From an uncultured Pelagibacteraceae bacterium (GTDB taxonomy: Bacteria; Pseudomonadota; Alphaproteobacteria; Pelagibacterales; Pelagibacteraceae), in assembly GCA_902613065.1 (NCBI GenBank), contig CACMFU010000001.1:131471-195470 (forward strand): a stretch of 64,000 nucleotides of DNA. The letters are read 5' to 3'. Position 1 is the stretch's first letter. Every line of letters begins with the position of its first letter. Of the stretch, positions 17,482-28,905 are shown piece after piece. Both the position numbers and the translations under genes were made by a program. The notes under the pieces were generated by a model that worked only from the letters and a program-made list of their open reading frames with translations, was not told the DNA's origin and ran no database searches.

Positions 17482-19308
17482 TTAAGAAGCTTCTGATAAT
17501 TTAGAGAGCTTTTTTCTCTCGTGAGGATCAAGCACAGCTTTCCTTAATCTGCATGAATTTGGTGTAATTTCTAGTGCTTCATCAGAGTTTAACATGCTCA
17601 ATTGCTCAGCAATCGACATCTTTCTTACAGGAGTTAATACTACATTTTCATCTGTTCCTTGTGTCCTCATATTTGTAAGTTTTTTACCTTTCATGACATT
17701 TATTATCATGTCACCAGGTTTAGGTGACAATCCTACAATCATACCCGAATAAACTGGATCATTATGAGTAACAAACATTTCTCCTCTTGCCTGTAGATTA
17801 TAAATTGCAAATGCTACCGCTTTTCCTTGTTCCATAGAAATTAATGCACCATTTCTTCTGCCTTCCATATCTCCCTCAAATTTTCCATAAGAATGGAATA
17901 TTCTGTTTATTACCCCCGTTCCTTTAGTTAGAGTAAGAAATCTACTGGTGTACCCCATTAAACCTCTAGTTGGTGCATGAAAGATTAATCGTTTTTTATT
18001 TTTTCCAGTATCTTTAAGATCTATTAATTTTCCTTTTCTTTTATTCATCGAGTCTATAACTTTAGAAGAGAACTCTTCATCAAGATCCATAGTAATTTCC
18101 TCAATAGGTTCTAATTTTTCACCATTTTCATTTTTTTGAAATAAAACTCTAGGAGGGCTTACTGTCATCTCAAATCCTTCACGTCTCATTTGTGTTAATA
18201 ATATTTCTAACATTAATTCGCCTCTTCCACTTATTTCAAATGAGTCTTTATTTTCATTTTCTGAAAAAGAAATTCCGACATTATTCTGAGACTCTTGAAC
18301 TAACCTCTCTCTAATTTGAGTACTTGTAAGTTTTTTACCTTCAGTACCAGCTAATGGAGAACTATTTACTGTTATTTTGATAGACATCGTTGGTGGATCA
18401 ATTGGGGTTGCTTGTATTGGTGTATCTACCTCAGTATCACATATGGTATCAGCAACATTTGCTTTTTCTAATCCAGCGATAACTACAATATCTCCAGCTT
18501 CGCCAACTTCTATTGGTACTTTTTTTGTCCCCTCGTATCTAAATATTTTAGTCAACCTTCCCTCATCAACTTTTTTTCCATCAAGATTGATTGCTTTAAT
18601 TTGTTGGTTTGCTTTTGCAGTACCTTGAGAAATTCTACCAACTAAACTTCTACCCAAAAAACTGTCTGCATATAAAAGAGTTGAAAGCATTGCAAAAGGC
18701 TTGGTCTTGTCAAATTCTGCTGGCCTAACATGATCTATTACTAGATCTAATAATGGGTTTAAATTCTCTCTTGGGCCATCTATTTCATTAGATGCCCAAC
18801 CAGATCTTCCACTTGCATAAATAACTGGAAAGTCTAATTGTTCCTCGTTGGCATCTAAGCTGACAAACAAGTCAAAAGTCTCATTTAAAACTTCATCGGC
18901 TCTTTGGTCAGCTTTGTCTAATTTATTAATAACTACTATTGGTTTAAGGCCTTGTTTAAGTGCTTTAGCTAATACAAATTTAGTTTGAGGCATTACCCCT
19001 TCGGCTGAATCTATTAACAATAATGCACCATCAGCCATACTAAGAACTCTTTCAACTTCTGCAGCAAAATCTCTATGTCCAGGTGTATCAATAATATTAA
19101 TTCTAGAATCTTTCCAATTTATGGAAGCTGGTTTGGCAAGAATTGTAATACCTCTTTCCTTTTCAAGTTCGCCGGAGTCCATCAGTCTTTCATCAACAAC
19201 TTCATTTTCCCTAAAAGAGCCACTCTGTTTCATTAAATTATCAATTAAAGTAGTCTTGCCATGGTCAACATGAGCAATTATGGTGATGTTACGTATTGAT
19301 GTTGTCAT
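17482..19308 (-). CDS. typA: Translational GTPase TypA/BipA
   Basis: IIAHVDHGKTT, ERGITILAK, DTPGH, GRGELML, KGKKLTNMR; 608 aa. Confidence 0.96.
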   Translation of the reverse strand: MTTSIRNITIIAHVDHGKTTLIDNLMKQSGSFRENEVVDERLMDSGELEKERGITILAKPASINWKDSRINIIDTPGHRDFAAEVERVLSMADGALLLIDSAEGVMPQTKFVLAKALKQGLKPIVVINKLDKADQRADEVLNETFDLFVSLDANEEQLDFPVIYASGRSGWASNEIDGPRENLNPLLDLVIDHVRPAEFDKTKPFAMLSTLLYADSFLGRSLVGRISQGTAKANQQIKAINLDGKKVDEGRLTKIFRYEGTKKVPIEVGEAGDIVVIAGLEKANVADTICDTEVDTPIQATPIDPPTMSIKITVNSSPLAGTEGKKLTSTQIRERLVQESQNNVGISFSENENKDSFEISGRGELMLEILLTQMRREGFEMTVSPPRVLFQKNENGEKLEPIEEITMDLDEEFSSKVIDSMNKRKGKLIDLKDTGKNKKRLIFHAPTRGLMGYTSRFLTLTKGTGVINRIFHSYGKFEGDMEGRRNGALISMEQGKAVAFAIYNLQARGEMFVTHNDPVYSGMIVGLSPKPGDMIINVMKGKKLTNMRTQGTDENVVLTPVRKMSIAEQLSMLNSDEALEITPNSCRLRKAVLDPHERKKLSKLSEAS

Positions 19309-19397
19309 TTGCGCGTTCTTATATATTAATTTTTTGATTTGAAAACAGTTAAATCTTTGTATTTTTCAACAAATTTAGAAATTACTCAAATATACTA

Positions 19398-21026
19398 CTA
19401 ATTAATCAAAATTCTTGAGGGAATCGAAGTGCTAATAAGTTTTCTAAATGAAGACATGCTTTTAGCAAATAAATGTGAGTAATTATTCATTTCATCGATT
19501 ATCACATATCTTGAATAATCTTTAGTTTCATATTTTTTAATATTACCTAACGTTGAAAATACCCTTTTTCTAAGAACTTGTGGGATTTGACTATAATCAA
19601 TTTTTAAATTTTTTATCTCTCTTTTATCTGTCACCAAAACATAAAGATTAGTAATTTTTATACCTGTTTTTTCTACAAGTTCTTTGTCAAAGAAATAATA
19701 AATATTTTTGAATTCTGATCTAAAAGTAGATAGTACAAAATCAATGGTTTCTACTTTATCAAGATCTACAACTGTATTATTTAGCAATATACCGTCTTTA
19801 ACCATACATTTTTTTACATCTCTATAAAATTCTTTTGTTGTTAGATGTTCAGGAACCCCATCTCCAAAAAATAAATCAATAACAATAAGATCATATTTTT
19901 TTTTACATTTTTTTACAAAAGTTCTAGCATCTTCAAAAAATATGTTTGATTTTTTTTTTTTATAATTAAAATATTCTGTAGCTATACTTAAGGTCAAAGG
20001 ATCGATTTCAACAACATCAACATTGTATTTTTTACTTTCAAGATAATTTGGCAGTGCACCCGCTCCAAAGCCAAGAACCAGAGCATTTCCTATTTCAGAA
20101 CTCATTGATAAATTGTTTAAGACATGAATATAAGTATTCAGAGATTCTCCGTTTTTTGCAACAGTATTTTGTGTAAAACCATTTTGATAAAGAATATAAT
20201 GGGTTTCTTCCTGACTGTTTTTTGGTTTGTAACCGATTACCTTAAGATTTCCATAAAAAGATGGTTTTTCATAAAGTATTAAATACTCGTTATCATTCAA
20301 ATCTGTTGATTTGGTGAAATATGAAAGATAATTCTCTTTATTAACTAAAATCAAAATTAGTATTCCAAATAAGAGAATATTTAAAAATATAAATTTTTTT
20401 TTTAATTTTCTAAAAAATGAATAACCAATTAGAAAATAAATTAGTAAATTTATACTAATTAAAAATAAAGCATTTAATATAAATGAGTTAAAATTTGTAA
20501 AATTTGGAATTATAAAGAGAGCTGTAAAAATTACACCAAAGACCGATCCCAATGTGCTTATAAAAAAAACATAACCTGACTTAGAGTCGCTACTTTCGTC
20601 ATTTTTTGATTTAATTATTGATATTAAAATAGGATTGAGCGCAGACATTAATACCAATGGGACAGATAATAAAACTAAGCTTCCAATAAAACTACCGATT
20701 AATAAGTTTATTCCAATTAGATAAGGAAACAAAATTGGATAAATAATTGAAGAAATTAAAATAAAAAAAGAACTTAAAAAAGGGACAAAAATAAAGACAT
20801 CCTCATAAAGTTCATTTTTTATTTTTGATGTTAGCCACCCACCAAATTGATATCCAATAGCTAAAAAAATTAATGTTATTGACAATATAGAAGTCCAAAT
20901 GTACAGGCTTACGCCAAAAAATGGTGTTAGTATTCTTGATGCTAGTAATTCTAAGGACAATACTACCGCTCCAGTAAAAAAAATTAGTAAAAGATATTTG
21001 TTAAAATGATTTTTTTCTGTATTCAA
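19398..21026 (-). CDS. Fused membrane domain/spermidine synthase-like SAM-dependent transferase
   Basis: About 7 TM N-terminus (ELLASRILTPFFGVSLYIW) then LVLGFGAG, VVEIDP, EDARTF, YDLIVIDLF, PEHLTTKEF. Confidence 0.85.
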   Translation of the reverse strand: MNTEKNHFNKYLLLIFFTGAVVLSLELLASRILTPFFGVSLYIWTSILSITLIFLAIGYQFGGWLTSKIKNELYEDVFIFVPFLSSFFILISSIIYPILFPYLIGINLLIGSFIGSLVLLSVPLVLMSALNPILISIIKSKNDESSDSKSGYVFFISTLGSVFGVIFTALFIIPNFTNFNSFILNALFLISINLLIYFLIGYSFFRKLKKKFIFLNILLFGILILILVNKENYLSYFTKSTDLNDNEYLILYEKPSFYGNLKVIGYKPKNSQEETHYILYQNGFTQNTVAKNGESLNTYIHVLNNLSMSSEIGNALVLGFGAGALPNYLESKKYNVDVVEIDPLTLSIATEYFNYKKKKSNIFFEDARTFVKKCKKKYDLIVIDLFFGDGVPEHLTTKEFYRDVKKCMVKDGILLNNTVVDLDKVETIDFVLSTFRSEFKNIYYFFDKELVEKTGIKITNLYVLVTDKREIKNLKIDYSQIPQVLRKRVFSTLGNIKKYETKDYSRYVIIDEMNNYSHLFAKSMSSFRKLISTSIPSRILIN

Positions 21027-21032
21027 ACGATA

Positions 21033-21428
21033 TTAAGGGTAATTTTTGGTTGCTTTTGCTTTACCAAGTTTTTTCTTTTTGTCTCCAATTGCAGTTATAG
21101 TCCATTCATAGGTATGAGAACCATCGGGAGGACAAGGACTCTTATATTTGAAGGCGCCAGGTTGGATAGTTAGATCTCCGTTGTAATCCTTAATTTTTCC
21201 ACCTCCATGATTATATCCTGGAACATCTTTATCTTTCATTTTAAATCTTAGTTCTTTTGTCCCTTCTGGAACATTTTTTAGTTCAAAGATTGGATTAGAT
21301 ACTTTGTTTGGTTTACCGGATGTACAACTTTTTAAGTTTCCCCACTCAAAAGTAAATGAAAATTCATTAGCTGAGATTGGAATCGAAAATAAAAGAAATA
21401 AAATTATCGATTTTAGTAAAAGTTTCAT
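21033..21428 (-). CDS. Exported YbhB/YbcL (PEBP) family protein
   Basis: Signal peptide, VPEGTKEL, MKDKDVP, YKSPCPPDGSHTYEW motifs. Confidence 0.8.
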   Translation of the reverse strand: MKLLLKSIILFLLFSIPISANEFSFTFEWGNLKSCTSGKPNKVSNPIFELKNVPEGTKELRFKMKDKDVPGYNHGGGKIKDYNGDLTIQPGAFKYKSPCPPDGSHTYEWTITAIGDKKKKLGKAKATKNYP

Positions 21429-21463
21429 AATTTTAATTTAATGTTTTTAATAGAATCTTCACT

Positions 21464-21493
21464 AAAAAAAAACCCCCGATAAACGGGGGTTTT
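21464..21493 (-). terminator. Rho-independent terminator of groESL
   Basis: AAAACCCCCG-ATAAA-CGGGGGTTTT stem with a 9-nt A run, giving a U-tract on the minus strand. Confidence 0.9.
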
Positions 21494-21524
21494 AAATTTT
21501 TTTAAGCAGTTAGATTAGAGTGGG

Positions 21525-23192
<1,668 letters not shown>

Positions 23193-23199
23193 TTATTAA

Positions 23200-23493
23200 T
23201 TATTTACCTGTTGCAATACCCATAATGTCAGATTCTTTCATTATGCTGTACTCTTTACCATCAATTTTAACTTCTGTTCCTGACCACTTACCGAATAAAA
23301 CTTTATCTCCTACTTTAACGTCCATAGGTATTAGTTTTCCATCTTCAGTTTTTGCACCTCCGCCGACAGCAACAACTTTACCTTCTTGAGGTTTTTCTTG
23401 AGCTGTATCTGGAATAATTATGCCACCAGCAGTTTTTTCGCTGCTATCTAAAACTTCTATTAAAACACGGTCATGTAACGGTTTAAACTTCAT
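23200..23493 (-). CDS. groES: Co-chaperonin GroES
   Basis: [30 protein letters not shown]. Confidence 0.99.
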   Translation of the reverse strand: MKFKPLHDRVLIEVLDSSEKTAGGIIIPDTAQEKPQEGKVVAVGGGAKTEDGKLIPMDVKVGDKVLFGKWSGTEVKIDGKEYSIMKESDIMGIATGK

Positions 23494-23519
23494 ACGAATT
23501 CTCCTTTAAATTAGCAGTC

Positions 23520-23548
23520 ATATAGAGACATATTTAATAATTTTCAAG
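23520..23548 (-). promoter_or_regulatory. sigma32-type promoter of groESL
   Basis: Minus strand CTTGAA-N16-TCTATAT, close to the alphaproteobacterial RpoH consensus CTTGAA-N16-CCTATAT. Confidence 0.7.
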
Positions 23549-23615
23549 ATCTTGAATAAAAATTATGGTCTAAAAAACCCAAGAATAAAGCATATTTTTA
23601 AGCTATACCTCAAGT

Positions 23616-24431
23616 ATGCCCCAAAACTTAGACAAAGATGGATTAAGATCTAAAATAAATAGTTACGAATTATTTTTTATCGACATATGGGGAGTGATCC
23701 ATAACGGATTACAAATTTTTGAAGATTCTATTGAAGTATTAGAAAATTTAAAAAAAAATAATAAAGAGTTTGTATTACTTACCAATGCTCCAAGACCAAA
23801 TTCTACAGTTATTGATTTTTTAAAAAAAATAGGACTCAAAAAATATTATGAAGATGTATACACCTCAGGAGAAGCTTCATTAAAATATTTAATGGAAAAT
23901 TTTCTAAATGCAAAATTTTATCATATTGGACCACCAAGAGATTTTGACTTATTTAAAAGATTTGAGCAAAATAAAGTTAGTAATATTAGTCAAGCTGATT
24001 ATTTTATTTGCACAGGGTTATTTGAAGATCATGAGACAAAACTTGAATATTATAAAGATTTACTTGAGAAATTTTCAAATAAAAAATTTGTGTGTACTAA
24101 TCCAGACCTAATTGTTGATAGAGGAGATGTTAGAGAGTTTTGCGCTGGATCAGTTGCAAAAATATTTGAGGAAATTGGTGGGAAAGTAATTTACTTTGGA
24201 AAACCTTATCCTCCAGTTTATAATTTATCTGCTAACATAAATGGTAAAAATGTTTTATGTATCGGAGATAATATGAATACAGATATAAAAGGAGCTAATA
24301 TTCAAAATTTTGACAATTTGTTAATAACGAGTGGTATACATAAAAAAGAATTAAGTAGTTTAAATATTGATAAATTAGAAAAAAAATATGGAGTGAGTGT
24401 GGATTACACTCAAACGAAATTAAAATGGTGA
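23616..24431 (+). CDS. HAD-superfamily class IIA hydrolase (TIGR01459-like)
   Basis: FIDIWGVIHNG, LLTNAPRP, CTNPDLIVDRG, FGKPYPPVY, IGDNMNTDIKGA. Confidence 0.9.
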   Translation: MPQNLDKDGLRSKINSYELFFIDIWGVIHNGLQIFEDSIEVLENLKKNNKEFVLLTNAPRPNSTVIDFLKKIGLKKYYEDVYTSGEASLKYLMENFLNAKFYHIGPPRDFDLFKRFEQNKVSNISQADYFICTGLFEDHETKLEYYKDLLEKFSNKKFVCTNPDLIVDRGDVREFCAGSVAKIFEEIGGKVIYFGKPYPPVYNLSANINGKNVLCIGDNMNTDIKGANIQNFDNLLITSGIHKKELSSLNIDKLEKKYGVSVDYTQTKLKW

Positions 24432-25351
24432 ACAAAATTAAAATTTATAAAAATTTTGAGATTTTAAAAAAACATCAAAATGCCATGATACTAATTGGTA
24501 ATTTTGATGGATTACACTTAGGCCATCAAAAATTATTCAAAGAAGCAAAAAAATATAAAAAAAAATATAATTCCAAAATTGGAGTGGTGACATTTGATCC
24601 AATACCAAAAATGTACTTTAATAAAAGTATTACAAATTATCGACTTTCAAATCTTAATCAAAAAAGCAGATATTTTAGTGATTATAACATTGATTTTTTA
24701 ATAAATAAAAAATTTGATAAAAAATTCTCTAAAATATCTTGTCATAATTTTATTAAAAATATTTTATGCAAAAAGTTAAGCGCAGATTATATTTTTGTTA
24801 GTAATAATTTTAGATTTGGAAATAAGAGAGAGGGGGACGTAAATCTATTAAAAAAACTTCAAAAGAAATATGATTATAAATTAATTAACCCAAAACCATT
24901 ATATAAAAAAAATAAAATTATTTCTTCAACATTAATAAGAAAATTAATCGAAAATGGTAATTTAAAAATTGCAAATCAACTTTTATCTAGAAATTGGTCA
25001 ATAGAAGGTGTCGTTGAAAAGGGTAGAATGATGGGAAGAAAAATTGGTTTTCCGACCTGTAACATAAATATAAAAAACTATGTAATACCAAAAGTAGGAG
25101 TTTATGCAGTTGACGTTTATATCGAAAAAAACAGAAAAAAGATCAAAGGAATAGCAAATATTGGTTATAGGCCTACTTTTAATCAAAAAAAATTATTATT
25201 AGAGGTAAATTTATTTAAATTTTCTGGAAATCTTTATAATAAAAATCTAACTATTAATTTTACAAAATTTATTAGAGGAGAAACCAAATTTAAAAATATT
25301 GATGCTTTAAAAAAACAGATAAAGAAAGATATTAAAATTGCCAAAAGATAA
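24425..25351 (+). CDS. ribF: Bifunctional riboflavin kinase/FAD synthetase
   Basis: IGNFDGLHLGHQ, FRFGNKREG, ISSTLIR, GRKIGFPTCN, ANIGYRPTF. Confidence 0.95.
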   Translation: MVNKIKIYKNFEILKKHQNAMILIGNFDGLHLGHQKLFKEAKKYKKKYNSKIGVVTFDPIPKMYFNKSITNYRLSNLNQKSRYFSDYNIDFLINKKFDKKFSKISCHNFIKNILCKKLSADYIFVSNNFRFGNKREGDVNLLKKLQKKYDYKLINPKPLYKKNKIISSTLIRKLIENGNLKIANQLLSRNWSIEGVVEKGRMMGRKIGFPTCNINIKNYVIPKVGVYAVDVYIEKNRKKIKGIANIGYRPTFNQKKLLLEVNLFKFSGNLYNKNLTINFTKFIRGETKFKNIDALKKQIKKDIKIAKR

Positions 25352-25357
25352 AATATC

Positions 25358-28111
25358 ATGAGCAAGGAACATATAAATCTACCTAAAACAAAATTCTCAA
25401 TGAAGGCAAATTTGCCAAACAAGGAGCCAAATTACATTGAATTTTGGAAGAAAATTGACCTGTACAATTTGTTAAGAAAAAAAAGTAAAGGGCAAGAAAA
25501 ATTTGTGCTCCATGATGGGCCTCCATATGCAAATGGAAATATTCATATGGGTACCGCTTTGAATAAAATTTTAAAAGACATAATTACAAAATTTCATCAA
25601 ATGGATGGAAAGGACTCAGTTTATGTTCCTGGATGGGATTGCCATGGGTTGCCTATCGAGTGGAAAATTGAAGAACAATATAAAAAGAATAAAAAAAATA
25701 AAAATGATGTTCCGGTAATTGAATTCAGAAAAGAATGTAGGGAGTTTGCAAACAAATGGATAGATGTTCATAAAGGAGAATTTACAAGACTTGGGGTAAT
25801 TGGTGATTGGGAAAACTACTATTCAACAATGTCATTTGATGCTGAAGCTCAAATAGTCAGAGAACTTGGAAAATTTCTTAAAGAAGGAAGCCTTTATAGA
25901 GGTTACAAGCCAGTTCTTTGGTCTACTGTTGAAAAAACAGCTTTAGCTGATGCTGAAGTTGAATACATGGATCATGTTTCAGATACTATTTATGCTGCAT
26001 TTAAAGTGAAATTTTCAAATTTAGATATAATTAAAGGTGCTGACGTAATAATTTGGACTACAACTCCCTGGACTATTCCTGCAAATAAAGCATTAGCTTA
26101 CAATGCTAGCCTTAAATATGTATTGCTTGAAATTAATGATAACAAAAATTTTGTTAACAGAAAAATTGTAATTGCAAAAGATTTATTAGAACCTTTTAAA
26201 AAAGATACCTCTATAGAAAATATTAAAGTTTTAAACGAATTTTTAGGAAAAGATTTAAATGGAACTATTTGCAGTCATCCATTTTCTAAAATGGAATATA
26301 ATTATGATATTCCTATGCTTGAGGCTAATTTTGTCACTACTGAACAAGGAACAGGTATTGTACATTGTGCTCCGAGCCATGGACCAGATGACTTCAATCT
26401 TTGTTTAAATAATAATATCAAAGCAATTGAAACAGTTGATGGTGATGGAAAATATACAAGTGAAATTAAACTTTTTGAAGGTTTACATATTTTTAAGGCT
26501 AATAACTTAATTATAGAAAAATTAGATGAACAAAAAAATTTAGTAACAAATGGAAAACTAACTCACTCTTATCCTCATTCTTGGAGATCAAAAGCTCCAC
26601 TAGTTCATAGGGCAACGCCACAATGGTTTATATCAATGGAAAGTCACGGGTTAAGAGATAAAGCATTAAAAGCTATCGATAATACAGATTTTTATCCTTC
26701 CAAAGGAAAAGAAAGAATAAAATCAATGATTGAAACTAGACCAGACTGGTGTGTATCAAGACAAAGAGTCTGGGGTGTGCCACTACCAATTTTTATTTCA
26801 AAAAAAACTGGTGATGTTTTAGTTGATGATGAAGTATTTGAAAATATTGCAAAAATTTATGAAAAAGAAGGTTCTGATTGTTGGTTTAATGATGATTATC
26901 AGATCTTTCTTGGAGACAAGTATAAAGCAGAAGACTATGAAAAATTATCAGACATAGTTGAAGTTTGGTTTGACAGTGGATCCACTCACTCCTTTGTTTT
27001 AGAGAAAAGAGACGACCTCAAATGGCCAGCATCTATGTATTTAGAGGGCTCAGATCAACATAGAGGATGGTTTCACTCCTCATTACTTCAATCATGTGGA
27101 ACAAGAGGAGTCGCTCCATTTGAAAGCATTCTTTCTCATGGTTTTGTTGTAGATGGAAAAGGTCTAAAAATGTCAAAGTCAACAGGTAACGTTATTGCTC
27201 CACAAGATATATTAAAAAAATATGGAGCTGATATATTAAGAATTTGGGTTGCATCTTCAAATTATGCTGAAGATTTAAGAATAGATTATTCAATTTTAGA
27301 TCAACACGCTGAGTCTTATAGAAAAATTAGAAATACATTTAGATATCTATTAGGAAATATTCAAGATCAATACGAAAATCTTGATCTAGAAAAAGTTAAA
27401 TTTGAAAACTTTGATTCTCTTGAAAAATTTATGCTTCATAGAATTTATACAATAAATGAGAATTTTAAAAATAATTTTAAAGTTTATAACTTCCATAATT
27501 TATACAAAGAATTACTAAATTTTTGCACAGTTGAGCTTTCTGCTTTTTATTTCGATATCAGGAAAGATACTCTATATTGTGACGCTTTAAATTCCGATAA
27601 AAGAAAGAACTGTATAACCCTTTTAAATATTATTTTGCAGTGTCTCCTAAAATGGTTTGCACCTATATTATCATTTACAACTGAAGAAATTTATCAACTA
27701 GTTAAAAAGGAAAAAGATAGCCAAAGTATCCATTTACAAAATTTCGTTTCAGTTCCTAATTCTTGGAACGATGAAGAACTTAGCTCAGATTGGGATTATG
27801 TTAAAAAAATTAGAGATGAGGCAAATATTTCAATAGAGAATATGAGAGCCGAAAAGTCAATTGGTTCAAGTTTAGAAGCAACAATTGAGATAAAATTAAA
27901 TAAAGAATTTTACGATAAGGCAAAAAATATTAATTTTTCTGAAATTTGTATAACCTCATCTGCCTCTGTAATTAAAGATGAAAATTTAAAAAATAGTATT
28001 GATGTAGTTGCAAAAAAGGCCCAAGGAAATAAATGTCCTATTTGTTGGAAAATTTTTGAAACGAGTTGTGAAAGACCAAATTGTGGACTTTTAAATACTA
28101 ATGGGAAATGA
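25358..28111 (+). CDS. ileS: Isoleucine--tRNA ligase
   Basis: HDGPPYANG-HMGT (HIGH variant), WTTTPWT, EGSDQHRGWF, KMSKS. Confidence 0.98.
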   Translation: MSKEHINLPKTKFSMKANLPNKEPNYIEFWKKIDLYNLLRKKSKGQEKFVLHDGPPYANGNIHMGTALNKILKDIITKFHQMDGKDSVYVPGWDCHGLPIEWKIEEQYKKNKKNKNDVPVIEFRKECREFANKWIDVHKGEFTRLGVIGDWENYYSTMSFDAEAQIVRELGKFLKEGSLYRGYKPVLWSTVEKTALADAEVEYMDHVSDTIYAAFKVKFSNLDIIKGADVIIWTTTPWTIPANKALAYNASLKYVLLEINDNKNFVNRKIVIAKDLLEPFKKDTSIENIKVLNEFLGKDLNGTICSHPFSKMEYNYDIPMLEANFVTTEQGTGIVHCAPSHGPDDFNLCLNNNIKAIETVDGDGKYTSEIKLFEGLHIFKANNLIIEKLDEQKNLVTNGKLTHSYPHSWRSKAPLVHRATPQWFISMESHGLRDKALKAIDNTDFYPSKGKERIKSMIETRPDWCVSRQRVWGVPLPIFISKKTGDVLVDDEVFENIAKIYEKEGSDCWFNDDYQIFLGDKYKAEDYEKLSDIVEVWFDSGSTHSFVLEKRDDLKWPASMYLEGSDQHRGWFHSSLLQSCGTRGVAPFESILSHGFVVDGKGLKMSKSTGNVIAPQDILKKYGADILRIWVASSNYAEDLRIDYSILDQHAESYRKIRNTFRYLLGNIQDQYENLDLEKVKFENFDSLEKFMLHRIYTINENFKNNFKVYNFHNLYKELLNFCTVELSAFYFDIRKDTLYCDALNSDKRKNCITLLNIILQCLLKWFAPILSFTTEEIYQLVKKEKDSQSIHLQNFVSVPNSWNDEELSSDWDYVKKIRDEANISIENMRAEKSIGSSLEATIEIKLNKEFYDKAKNINFSEICITSSASVIKDENLKNSIDVVAKKAQGNKCPICWKIFETSCERPNCGLLNTNGK

Positions 28112-28598
28112 AAAATTAAATAAACTTCTTATAGGTTTTGTATTTTTAGTTGTTTGTTTTGCTTTAGATAGACTATCAAAAATTTATATTCTAAATATCT
28201 TAAATAATGAAGGACAAGTTGACCTTTATATAAATCAATTTTTAAATATCTATTTAGTTTGGAATACAGGGATAGGATTTGGTTTATTTTCATCAGAAGA
28301 TAAACTTTTCTATAATATCTTTACTGCAATTATAGTCATTATAAACTTAGTAATATTGTATTTCGCTTTCATTGAGTCAAAAATTAAATCATTTTTTTTA
28401 ATGATAATATTAGGAGGCTCTTTAGGAAACTTATTTGACCGAGTTTATTACAGAGCTGTTCCAGACTTTATAGATTTAAATTATGCAGGATATCATTGGT
28501 TTATCTTTAATGTTGCTGATATTTTTATAACTGCAGGTATTATATGTCTTATTTTCTCCGAATTTATAATTTATAAACGAAAAAATAATGAGAAATAA
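28101..28598 (+). CDS. lspA: Lipoprotein signal peptidase II
   Basis: WNTGIGFG, GGSLGNLFDR, VPDFI, FIFNVADIFI; follows ileS. Confidence 0.95.
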   Translation: MGNEKLNKLLIGFVFLVVCFALDRLSKIYILNILNNEGQVDLYINQFLNIYLVWNTGIGFGLFSSEDKLFYNIFTAIIVIINLVILYFAFIESKIKSFFLMIILGGSLGNLFDRVYYRAVPDFIDLNYAGYHWFIFNVADIFITAGIICLIFSEFIIYKRKNNEK

Positions 28599-28902
28599 AT
28601 TTAATTTAATTTTACTAGTTATTCTAATACCCATTCTTTTAAATTGTGGTGGTGTTAAGGAAGCTTTGGAAGGACAAAAAAGATCAGATCAAAGTGACGA
28701 ATTTTTAGTAAAAAAAAAGAACCCTCTACAAATGCCACCAGATATGAATAAGTTACCCAAGCCTGGAGATGATTTAGAGTTGAGTAGGTCTGATAATTCT
28801 GAGGGCGTAAAAGAACTACTAAATATTAAAGAAAATAAGTCTTCAAAAAAAAGTAATGATAAATCAAATTTACTTAATGAAATGTTAAAGAAAATTGAAT
28901 AA
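28588..28902 (+). CDS. DUF3035-like lipoprotein
   Basis: Lipobox LLNC; DEFLVKKKNPLQMPPD-LPKP motif; usual position after lspA. Confidence 0.8.
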   Translation: MRNKFNLILLVILIPILLNCGGVKEALEGQKRSDQSDEFLVKKKNPLQMPPDMNKLPKPGDDLELSRSDNSEGVKELLNIKENKSSKKSNDKSNLLNEMLKKIE

Positions 28903-28905
28903 TTG

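Noticed and set aside
19950-19961. A12 run in the spermidine-synthase-like gene as a phase-variation switch
   Set aside because: Equal runs occur in housekeeping genes (purD 31640-31651, pgi 28910-28921, lpxK 33185-33195), so this is AT-rich background
23551-23615. Second sigma32 promoter on the plus strand from the TTCAAGATCTTGAA palindrome, driving the HAD gene
   Set aside because: No matching -10 element at the right spacing
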